Shown in pieces: positions 12,934 to 23,301 of a DNA stretch of 64,000 nucleotides. Below the pieces are notes generated by a model that saw only the letters and a program-made list of their open reading frames with translations, was not told the origin of the DNA and did not search any database. The position numbers were made by a program, and so were the translations under genes. Every line of letters begins with the position of its first letter. The first letter of the stretch is position 1. The DNA is from Phaeosaccion multiseriatum. Its lineage: Eukaryota; Protista; Ochrophyta, other classes. The DNA lies in contig OZ218952.1 of assembly GCA_965112735.1 (NCBI GenBank), positions 1,674,001 through 1,738,000 on the forward strand, written 5' to 3'.

Positions 12934-14568
12934 TCACGCTGCGACCGCCGGGGGAAGGATCTCCATCCTCTTTGCGAGGCGGAAAAGGCCCCTGGTCCCC
13001 GGCCTTTGCTGCTCTCCTCCTCCTCCTCCTCCTCCTCCTCCTCCTGCCGCTGCTGCTGCTGCTGCATCCATTCCGCGTGCCGACTCCGTGGCTGATCCCC
13101 TCTTCTCTTCCTTCTTTAGCTCCGGCATATCACTCAGAGTGTCCACCGTGTCGAAGGGGATCTTCTCCATGAGAAAGAATCTGCATGGGGAGTACAAGAG
13201 CGGAACCATTTGAGGAGATAGGAGAGCAAGGCATGGAGGAAGAAGGGTCAAGACGACAAAAGACCCCTTCTCGGGCGCAGAAGAGAGTACCGAGACACAG
13301 CCAGACCACCAGAGGAAGGCTGGGGGGGGACTCCACTCTCTTAACCATAAAGGAGGAGGGACGGCGCCCCCCCAATCGCCATACCCGGTGCACCCACACG
13401 CCCGCCCGCATCCTCATTCCTGCGGTAAACACATACGCCCCGTGCGTGCATCGATGTCGTATCTCCTCGCAAAAAATGCGGCATATGTACCACTCCTCTC
13501 CCATCACTCCCGTCCGTCCGTCCGTCCGTCCGTCCGTCTCCCCCCCCAACGAGCCTCGCATCCCCTCGCTTCCCCTCTCTCGTGCTGCACGGACCCTTAT
13601 CTCCCTCCCCCTTTCCCTCCCCCGGCACCGCTCACCGCACCTGTCCACAGTGGCCAGAAACACGTCCATGACGTCGTCGCCAACCACACCGCAAACGAGC
13701 ACCAACGTGTCCGGCCCTGCGAGCTGCCACATGGACAGCATCAGGGGCTCCACACAGGCGATCTCGTACATGCAGTCCCCAGCGAGGATCATGTCGAAGG
13801 GCGGGGAGAAGGTGGACACGTCCGTCTCGGCCCACACCAGTTGCGCAATGCTGGCGCGGCCCTCGTCAGGAGTTTGGTGCAAGTTTGACTCCACGTTCTC
13901 CATGCATTTCTCTGAGGGGACGGAGAGGCGGGGGCCGGGACAGGCATGGGTGGGTGGGTGCGTTGGGGACGGGGGAGGGGGGCAGGGGTGGAAGAGGCAC
14001 TCAAAATGAGAGGAGCAGAGGGTGAGAGGGGCTGGAGCTGAGCAACGCTGGGGCTTGAAAGGCTGGAACCGGGGCGAACAGCGAAGCCTTCCCCCAAGCA
14101 GCTCGTTGTCTGTACCTGTGTCCATGTCAGTGATCAGAACGTCTGCTCCGCGCTTCGCCACATAGATGCCCGTGAGGCCGATGCCTGTGAGTTGTAGGAG
14201 AGGTCACGAGAAACACAGCTTAGCTACCATGTGCCCATCCATCCCCCCTTGTGCGTCTTGTACCCACCCGCGCCGACTTCAATCACTCGCTTCCCTCGGA
14301 AGAAGTCCTCGCTGAAGATCTCGCGGCTGTCGAGGTACCGACTAAGGAGGACTCCTCCAAGCCACTGCAACCCGGCGATTCCGTTCCCGTCGCCACTCCA
14401 GTCCTCCGTGACCTTAATCGTCATCCCACCCTCATAGCCGTAGACCAGGGTCCAAAGAGAAGAGTCGTCCTGCTCTGCTTCCAGCTCCAGCCGCGTCGCC
14501 TCGGCCTTAGCGAGTCTCCGGGACTCCCTTTTGCGACAACTCGCCTCGTCTGTGCCTTGATTATCCAT
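12934..14568 (-). CDS. METTL21/Methyltransf_16-family protein-lysine methyltransferase, 4 exons, about 295 aa
   Basis: Exons 14568-14268, 14184-14116, 13911-13641, 13180-12934 (888 nt). Motifs 'GLQWLGGVLLSRYL', 'GKRVIEVGAGIGLTGI', 'VLITD', 'LVW', 'FDMILAGDCMY' are the class I SAM-binding and DxxY signatures of this family. Confidence 0.87.
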
Positions 14569-14695
14569 CTTTTACAGAGCCGTGGAAGGAAGAGGAAGGA
14601 AGCCAAAAGAAGGGCCAACCAACGAGCTGAAACTGCAACTGACATCCGTGACCCCCGCCCTTTTCTTTCCCTCCCCGTCTTTGATTGCTCTCCAG

Positions 14696-15560
14696 GTGCA
14701 GCGGCTCTTTGACGCCATAATCCATGGGGTGGCCGCACCAAAGGTCAAGGCGATCGTGGGAAAGCTCGTGTCCAAGAAGGGTAAAGCAAGGTTGGACCAG
14801 CTGGTGGATAAGGACGGGTCCCCTTCTTCTAGCAGGCGTCCAGGACATTCTCGTCTCGGCAGGTTTGTGTCGAGGGATTGAGTAAGGAGAGAAGGGACGC
14901 ACTCCGCTCTATATTGCGTCTCTGTATGGGAATGTGGCGGAAGTGGGCAGACTTTCTCGGTCAACGCCAACATTTTGCCGCCGATGATTGCTGCTCAAAA
15001 TGGACATGCAGCAGTGGTTGGTGTCGATGCGGCGGATCGTGAGGGATGCGCTCCTCTCTACATCGCCTCTGTATGTGGACGCACTCCAGTAGGATCGCAG
15101 CTCATCTCATCAGGCGCATCGTTCGAGAGACCCCGTCAGGGGATCACTCCGCTCCTTATCGTTTGCTCGAATGGGCATCCAGCGGTAAGGAGCTCATCTC
15201 AGCAAGTGCTGGAGTTGATGAGGTGACAAGGAGGGGTATTAGCTCTTTTATGGTCATGGCTGCAGTAGTGGACGAGCTTCACGATGCCGTTGTCGCAGTG
15301 GGAGCGACGAATTTTGAGCGTCGGGCGCCTCTCCATTTTTGCCTCCGCAAAAGGTCATGAGGAAGTGGTGAAGCGCCTTCTCCGTGCTGGCGCCAAGGTG
15401 GATTGTGGGGACGCCACCGGTGGATTCACTCCGCTCCGCTCTGCTGCTCTGCAAGGGCACGGGGCAGTCGTCACCCGTCTTCTCGCCGCAGGCTGTGCAT
15501 GTGCGCAATCGACCCAACCTTTGGCAGGCAGAGGGGGGTACCGCCGCAGCAGAGGGGCCT
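14696..15560 (+). pseudogene. Fragmented ankyrin-repeat pseudogene
   Basis: Ankyrin fragments in different frames: 'EKGRTPLYIASLYGNVAEVGRL' (from 14889), 'MIAAQNGHAAVV..DREGCAPLYIASVCGRTPVGSQLISSGA', 'ITPLLIVCSNGH', 'ASAKGHEEVVKRLLRAGAKVDCGDATGGFTPLRSAALQGHGAVVTRLLAAG'. They are separated by frameshifts, stops and apparent deletions without intron-like sequence. Ends approximate. Confidence 0.75.
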
Positions 15561-15622
15561 TGGCTCGGAGACCATGCACGAGGTGGCGTCGGAAAGGGCC
15601 TGAACAACCGGGCATCACCTTC

Positions 15623-15753
15623 TGTAGGTGTATGGTCAGGACATCGACATTTGGTATCGAGAGGGTCGACATTGGTCCCGTGATGAATGAATGAACGGGA
15701 CCAATGTCGAACCTCTCGATACCAAATGTCGATGTCCTGACCATACACCTACA
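15623..15753. mobile_element. 131-bp palindromic MITE-like element: 59-bp inverted arms, TGT..ACA ends, flanked by a CTTC direct repeat
   Basis: Arm 15623-15681 is the reverse complement of 15695-15753 with one mismatch; 13-nt loop GATGAATGAATGA; CTTC at 15619-15622 and 15754-15757. Confidence 0.65.
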
Positions 15754-15775
15754 CTTCGTTCAGCAGGGAGCGGTT

Positions 15776-15925
15776 CAGACCGTTCAGGCCATTACAATAC
15801 AGACCGTTCAGGCCATTACAATACACCAGATCAGAATGGGCTTGCGGCCTTGGCTCTAGGCCGCTCAGTTTAAAGTCCTAGGCGGCCTTGGCTCTAGGCC
15901 ACTCAGTTTAAAGTCCTAGGCGGCC
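15776..15925. repeat. Two short tandem duplications (24-bp x2 and 38-bp x2+)
   Basis: CAGACCGTTCAGGCCATTACAATA at 15776 and 15800; GCGGCCTTGGCTCTAGGCC(G/A)CTCAGTTTAAAGTCCTAG at 15844 and 15882. Confidence 0.85.
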
Positions 15926-16636
15926 TCTGGCCCGCCTCTAGCCCGCCTCTGGGCAGCCTCTAGGCAGCCCCCCCCCGTGACCGCGGGTGCGTGCGTGCCC
16001 CCCGCCAGCCAGTGGTAGCAGCACACCTGTAGGCATGTACTCCTTGCAGGGCAGGCGAGGTGGAGAGAGACAACACGAATCAAGCCTACTCCTCGCTTTC
16101 AATCCCATACATTTGCTTATAGTCCCTCGGGGGGGGGGGGGGGAATGCCACCGTCTAGGCCGCCCCCCTAAGCCAAGCCAAACTTTCCTCCTCTTTAACA
16201 AGTTTATTTGATTATGGCCGGCGCCATCCCGACCTCTTTTCTTTGCATGCCATAAACTTGTCCAGGGCCGAACGTTGTTTTGTTGTTTTTCTACAAGCCC
16301 GTGGGTGGAGGGTTTGGTGTGTGCGTGTGTGTCAAAATTCCAGTTTATGATACCCCCCCCAAACTCTCGGGCTCGGAGCTGTTCCTTGAGAGGAAAACAT
16401 AACATCATAATCCCGTTGGTGTGGAAAAGTGAGCAGTGACATCGATTTCCGTCCGAGGTCAGCAAGAGCTCTCCGGATCAAGGGAGAGTACGTGGACACA
16501 AGGTCGCAGCAGCGGTAGTAACACAGTAACAGGGCTGAGTGGTCCACGGTGCGGGGGAGAGCAACGGAGGGGGCCGACAAAAGACACACGCAGCCAGAAT
16601 TGTTTTCGGTTCAGTGAGGAGTCAGCCAGCGCCGAG

Positions 16637-19600
16637 ATGGAGGCGCAGGCGCAGCAGGCGCAGTGGCGCCCGCGGGTCACTCTAGGCGGGGGGCTGGCTG
16701 CCTTGGCAGTGGGCGTGGCTGTGATTGCGGGAGGGCGGGACTTATGGGGGGAGGCCCTTTGTAATCTGGCGGACTTCGATACTCAATCATCGACGATTGT
16801 GGAGGACGTCTTCAATCCCTCCAACGCGGCCATCACTGACCACTGTGTGGCTACGCGGTGGTCTCCTCCTGGATCCATCATCCCGGAGGACCACGCCTTC
16901 ATCGTCAACCAAAGAGGCCTCCTCTACGTGCGGACCAGGGGGTCGGACGGGTCCAGCGTGGACGCCACTCTGCTGGACATGGAGGACGAAATCTTCAGCT
17001 GGCACGACCGCGGCTTGCTCAGCATGGCCATTCACCCGGACTACGGCGTGGATGGCAACTACTACGTGTACGGCTTTTACACAGGCCTGTACGGAAGTGA
17101 GGGAGACGACAACCACTGGACAACCGACGATTGTCAGGTGTTCCCTAACGCCGCGGACGCGCGCCCCTTCTGCGAGGCTCCCGGTGTGCTGGAGCGGTTC
17201 ATCATGGAGCCCATCATGGACGATGGGGAGGTGGTGGGCTACGAGCCGCTCGTGCGCGACCAGATTCTTGTGGAGGACTGGTGCGGCTCCAGCCTGACGC
17301 ACCACATCGGCACCATTGCTTTCTTGCGGGATGGAGGCATGGTGCTGACGGCCGGAGAGGCGTCTCAGGCGCTGAATGAGATCGACACGGGACTGTCTTA
17401 CGACCCTTGCATGGTGGACGACGGCGAGCCGGACCGACCCCAGGGAGCGTTCCGCTCGCAGCGAGACGAATGGCTGTCAGGTGAGGGGGAACATATAGAT
17501 ATTCACGTTGTATGGACCTGGGTGTTTGTTTATCTTGGTGCTTGGGACCAGCGAAGCCCTGAGTCGTCCCCGCCCTGATCTAACCCTTTGTTCTTTTGAA
17601 AAAACACGCTGGCTCTGCCCCAGAACTCGTTTATGCCCTTTTCTTCTTTGGAAAGACTAGAAGGAAGAGGAGGGAACCAAACTCTATCCTTAGAGAAACT
17701 CACTTCCTTCGATTGCGCCTAACTTGTCCCTCTTCTTTTTGACTTGGGGCCGGCCCATGCATGTGTGCCACCTGTGTCTCCCCATCTACAGGCAAGGCGC
17801 TTCGCTTCACTGCGGAGTCTCTGCTGAAGGACTCCGAACTGGTGAAGGACGAGGACTTCTTCGTCATTGCCAAGGGCCTGCGCAACCCCTTCCGCCTCAC
17901 CGTGCACCCCGAGAGCGGCGACGTGTACATTGGCGACGTAGGAAGCTCCGGTACCGCGGCACGGGAAGAGATCAACCTCATTCCTGACCCCGTGTCGGGA
18001 GGTACGGACGCACCGGTGCTCAACTTTGGCTGGCCTTGCATGGAAGGAGTGGTGCCTCACCCGGAGTTCCGCAGCTTCATTCTCAATGCGCCGGACTCCC
18101 CCGAGAAGAGCATTTGCCAATCCATTTACAACAACAATATGGACGAGTACAGGGACCCCGTCTACCACTACCGCGACACGTCGGTGGAGCCCTTTGACCC
18201 CGATCAGCCGGACGCATGCACCCCCGGTGGATCCACAAACGAGGGCGCTATTGCCTCCCTCCTCTTTTACGGAGAGGGCCCCTTGGAGGACGTGCTGCAA
18301 GGGAAGCTCATCTTTTCCGATTACGCCAAGCAGTGCGCCGTCTACTTTGACAATGATGCGGACGGCATGCCGGACTTTGACTCAGCACACATTTTGTTCG
18401 AGGGGGAGGAGTATGTGGACTTGACGCAGGCGCCCGACGGCTTCCTCTATCTGACTGTGTGGAGCGGTTCACTCAACGGCATTCAAGCCATGACGCAGGT
18501 GAGGTGAAATGAAGCTACTGCTGCTGACCGGGCGTGGAGTGGGGGGGGGGTAATAAGCTGGTGCGTACTTTCATATTTATATTACTTGTTGCTCACCGTG
18601 TTTTTCGCCCCTCTGTCTCTGTCTGTCTCTTGCCCACCCTTTCTTTACATCCAATACAGGTGAGCGACGTAACACCCCCCGTGGCCGCCCTCAAAGTGGA
18701 CAGGGAGGTCGCTAACGTAGAGGAGGGAGGCACGCTCGAGTTCGACGCCACCGACTCCTCCCTCTCGAACCTTGGCGACAGCATCAACCTCTACATGTTT
18801 GACTACGACGGCGACGGAGAGGTTGACGAGGAGAACGAGACTGGCATTGGTTCCTACACGTACACAGAGAAGGGAATCTTTGTGGCCTCCGTCACGGTGT
18901 CGACTGAGCAGGGGGGTGTAGATTGCGAGAGTATCCCCGTTATTGTCGGCGTGGACTTGGAGGTTGAGTTTGACCCTCCTTCCGGGGAGTGGGAAGCCGG
19001 GGACAATGTGAGCTTTGAGCTGACCATTACGGGCGAAGACGTGCCCGCGGACGGCATTACCTGGAGCCAGCGTACAAAGCATTGCATCTTTGACACCTGC
19101 GCCGGGATTGGCCGATGCCACTTCCACAGCGACGTGGTTGACGGCGAGGGCACGGGCTACAGCGGCTCCTTCAGCCCTCTGGCTCACGAGCTCCCTTCCA
19201 GCGTGTTCCTCACGGCGTCCTTCGAGATTGACGGCACGGCTGTGGTGAGGTCTTTTGAGACCATGGCCAAGACGTATCAGTTTCAGCTCAGCTCCACACC
19301 GGTGCTGGGTGCGTCGTTCCGCACCGGAGAGTCAGGAGAGACTTGCCAATTCAGCAACCCTCCCTGTGTGCTGGGCATGATGGCCGAGAACAACCTAGCG
19401 GTGTCTCTCGCAAGCAGGTACCAAGCCGAGCAGGACAAGTTTTACGCGTTTACCCATTACGAGTTTACGCACGACGGCAGCACGGAGGAAGTCACCAGGC
19501 CCACAATCATCGACAGAGCGTCGAGCGACGGCACCATTGTGGCACACTTTGAGGAGATTGAGCTAGAGCTGGACGAGACCATCGAGAGGCCCAACATTGG

Positions 19601-20840
19601 CGTGGCGGAGGCGCGAGGCTTTGAGCAGATCTACGTGGAGTGGAACGGCATTCCTGATACGGACCACTTTGTCATTCACCTGGCCACCACCACCGAGGAG
19701 GGCAACCCTCACCTGCCCCACACGGTGTACCCCACGGGAACGGTGGTGCCGTCCAGCACTCTCAATGACCTGCTTGTGGTGCCCGATGGAAACTACGACC
19801 TTATTGTGACGGTGAGGGCTCTGAACCTTGCTGATGGGACCATGGGCCCCCCATCGGACGAGGTAATGGTGTCCATGGAGGCGAGCGATGGGGAGTGCGT
19901 CGACAACATTGCCGAGTGTGTGTACCACCGCGTGGAGTGCACTCGCGCCGTGTCGGATACCGCTCGTGCCAACGGGTTGGGTGCCTTTTACGACCTTTAC
20001 TGCCTCGAGGATCCCGACCGGGCAGGATGCACCACCGCTTTCGACCTCGAAGCGGGCTGCAGGACGTGCTTCACCGACCGTTGCCTCTGGGCGGACGCCA
20101 CCGGTGAGGACCCGGGCATCATCCCCGACTGCCCCCCGTGTGTGGCCGACCTGTATCAGGTGGATCAGCCTACGGGCACTTGCGAGGACAGTGACTTTGA
20201 GTCACAAACGGGCTATGACCCCACCCCACGATCCTCCACTGTTCCGGACTTCGAGGAGGAAATACTAAGTGAGTTTGTGTGTGTATGTGTACATGATGAT
20301 TGCTTTGGGAGGCGAAGGAGTGGGGATGCATGGAATTCTTTATCCTTTTTTGTCGTCCGTTTTGTGTCGAACGTGGAGAATTCTAATTTTACTTTTGCTT
20401 GCCCCCCTCCCTCTCCCTCGCCCCCCCCCCCCCCCCCAACAGCTCCCAGCCCCTCGGGTGTGCCACAGCTCCCCGACACTCCTCCCCCGACCCACATCGA
20501 CGGTACCACAGACCCCCCAGCACCCACGCCTGCCTCCACAGAAGCCCCCACCGCTGGCAGCAATGGTGGTGGTGGTGGTGGTGACAGCGAAGAGAGCGAA
20601 GAGAGCGCAGAGCCCACGCCCTCGCCCACCAGCAGCCGCGGCACCGACGGCACGGAGGCCCCTTCTTCCACGCCGGCCCCTGTTGGCGCCCGCAGTAGCT
20701 CCGGTGACTCTTCGTCCGCCGGCCTCGACGCGCAGAGCACCATCATTGTGGCCGCAGCGGCGGGGGGAGCAGTGCTCATCGGGGCGGTCGTTGCTGCCGG
20801 TGTCGTGATGAAGAAGCGACAGAACGCCGTGACGGGCTAA
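16637..20840 (+). CDS. Membrane-anchored PQQ-dependent glucose/sorbosone dehydrogenase-family protein with PKD domain, FN3-like region, Cys-rich module, Pro/Thr/Ser stalk and C-terminal TM helix; 4 exons, about 1185 aa
   Basis: Exons 16637-17480, 17792-18498, 18660-20268, 20443-20840 (3558 nt). GSDH motifs 'DRGLLSMAIHPDY', 'HHIGTIAF..DG', 'AKGLRNPFR', 'VYIGDVG...EEIN', 'NFGWPCMEG', 'LIFSDY'; PKD 'FDATDSS..YMFDYDGDG..SYTYTEKGIFVASVTVS'; hydrophobic N-terminus; TM 'IIVAAAAGGAVLIGAVVAAGVVM' followed by KKR. Confidence 0.85.
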
Positions 20841-21383
20841 ATTTTTCATGGCGTGCTGAAGAGGAGGGGGATTTTTTCACACTATGGGAATAGTGGAGTA
20901 GTAGTAGCTTTGGGCTTGTCATCTCTTGTATAGGTTTGTTAGTTCGGAAGGGGTAGTTACGTAGCTGTCAATGGGAAGCGCGCCCCAGGCCTTGGCACAG
21001 GGCTGCTGCTGAGAGTTTGTACAAACAAGTAAAACGAAACGAAGAGAAAAAAAGTGATGTTTATTTGTACGTGTATTCATCGTCTTTCACCGTCTCTCGT
21101 GATCTCCGTATTTCCCATCCTCGCGACGGCATAAATCAACAGCAGGCCAAACAGCAGCCCCACGCACCTGAGCACAATCTGTTGCGCGGCCCTCCTCTTA
21201 GGCCCTCTCCCATCCACACGCAGGGTGGCTTCTAAATATCTGTCCTCCTCGTCCTCCTCTTCCTCCTCCTCCTCCTCCTCCTCCTCCTCCTCCTCCTCCT
21301 CCCCCTCTTCCTTCTCCTCTTCCTCCTCCTCCTCCTCTTCTCCTTTCTCTCTGACCTTCGTCTCTCCAACCTGTGAAGACGAT

Positions 21384-22589
21384 TTAGTGGTGCCTGTAGT
21401 GTACAAGGGAGAGGTCCGGAGGGAAGTACTTAGAGAAGACGGGTGGGGGAGAGTATAAGATAAGACATGTGTGGGCCCCAACGTTCTCTACCCATCTCTC
21501 CTTTCTCTTAGTCTCTACTGCGTCCAGCACAAGCAAATTCTCTAAATTCTCTGCAGGACTCTCCTGCCCACCATTCACTGCACATGCATACACACACCCA
21601 CATACCGTGCGCACACGCACACACAGCCCACACACAGCACACACACACACACACTCACTTCCAAGCAACAATCTCCTCGATCACCTCCGGTGATACTTTG
21701 GCGCCGTGCCTGTGCGAGAGAGAGGGGGGTGGCAGGGAAAGGAGAGGCAGGCAGGAAGAATGAGCCGCGTGACGAATAAGGGGGGGGGGGAGATTACATA
21801 CTTAAGATTACATACTAAGAAGGCAGGCCTCCGCTGTCCCGGCCCTGCTGAGCAGTGAAAGAGCCTTGGAATAGGTCTTTCTATCTATCATCAGACATCC
21901 GCAATGCACAAATGCAACACCCCAGTGAGGGCTCTGAAGGTTGCAACAACAACAACAACAACAACGCCAGCATCAGCAGCAGCAGCTATGACTTACTTGG
22001 TGAGAATCCCCTTGAGCTCCTCAACACCTTCGTCCCTTTCCTTCTCCATCTTGGCGAGCACCTTGTGGTGGAGGGGGGAAGGGAAGAGCAGGCCGCAGCG
22101 CGAAGCGTGTGCAATAATTCACTTGGTGGGTGAGCACGGAAGCACCCAAACGCGCACACTACTCGCAACCGCAGCCACTGACCCCATATGCCCTGGCATC
22201 GTATCTGCACGCCCTGGCTTGGACTGGAGCTTACACACATATACATGCATATATACCATATCATTGGACCTTCCTCCTACCTTCTTGAGCTTCGCGGCCT
22301 CCTCCTTGCGGAAATAGACAACCTCCTCGCCCTTCTCCCTGGACAAGTAGAGCAGAGGTGGGGAGAGAAAAGAGGAGGAAAGGGGAAGAGAGAAGGTGAG
22401 TGCTACCCTGCCAAGTCTTGTTCGTTCTCTCTTCTATCGCGGTCTGTTTCTCTCCTCTCTATCTATAACGACTCACCGGTCCTCGAAGGTACCCATCATC
22501 CGCCGAGCGCCCATACTTGCGCTGGCGGGCATCTGCGACCTAACTGCCCGCGAGGATCGCAGGGCAAAGCGTGCCAGAGAGGAAGCCAT
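21384..22589 (-). CDS. Mitochondrial F1Fo-ATPase inhibitor IF1-like protein, 5 exons, 98 aa
   Basis: Exons 22589-22477, 22338-22281, 22061-21997, 21709-21659, 21393-21384 give MASSLARFALRSSRAVRSQMPASASMGARRMMGTFEDREKGEEVVYFRKEEAAKLKKVLAKMEKERDEGVEELKGILTKHGAKVSPEVIEEIVAWKHH. It has an Arg/Ser/Ala mitochondrial presequence and the IF1 core 'F.DRE..EE..YFRK'. The last exon is the least certain. Confidence 0.8.
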
Positions 22590-23301
22590 GGTGCTTGCGG
22601 GGAAGAGAGGGAGTGTGAAGCGGTGTGGAAGTGCTTGAGTGGTGTTCCTGGTGACGCTGCTGTGGGGCTGCGTAGGGAACGACCGAGGACAGAGACAGAA
22701 GGAACGAGAAGAAGGGGGAGTGGGTGAATTCCTTGTTGCAAATGCGTGTGGGCTGCTTCCCGTACGAAGGCAAATCACGGAGGCAAAGCGCGAGGAGTGT
22801 GAGGGGGAATCGGACAAGGAAGGTGTCCGATGTAGGTGCAGTGAGCCTCCCCCATAGGAAAATACAAGCCTCCCACGGGCAAAGGGAAATTGTGTTCTCC
22901 ATTTCCCCACCCATGGCGCATAAGACATTTCCCCCCCTCTTGACATTCAGCTCCCACTCCTCCTCCCACTGTTGCTCCTTTCCCTAACCCCGCCTTTCAC
23001 CTTCGTCTCACCTGCGCTTACTTACTCTTTTTTCTTTTTTTTCTCTGCTGGCTCTGTGGCTTCAAGGCCCCGAGGGGGGATCGGCATCTGTGAGACACGA
23101 CCGACGAGCGACCAACTGCCACTCATGGCCCTTGTTTCCTGTTTCCGATTTCCCCTCCACGACCTTGAGCCTTTCTTTCTTGTCGAGCGAAAAAAAAACG
23201 CCAGCAGCTGCAGCAGAGGAGGGGAGGAGTGTAGGAGTTAGGTGGCCTGAGCAGCTGGTCTTTGACGGCCGCAATCGCGTCTCTGCCAAGATTTTGTAAA
23301 G

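Noticed and set aside
21077-21481. Minus-strand ORF with poly-Glu and a hydrophobic tail
   Set aside because: It lies downstream of the IF1 stop over a (GAG)n tract with no credible ATG; likely 3' UTR or intergenic.
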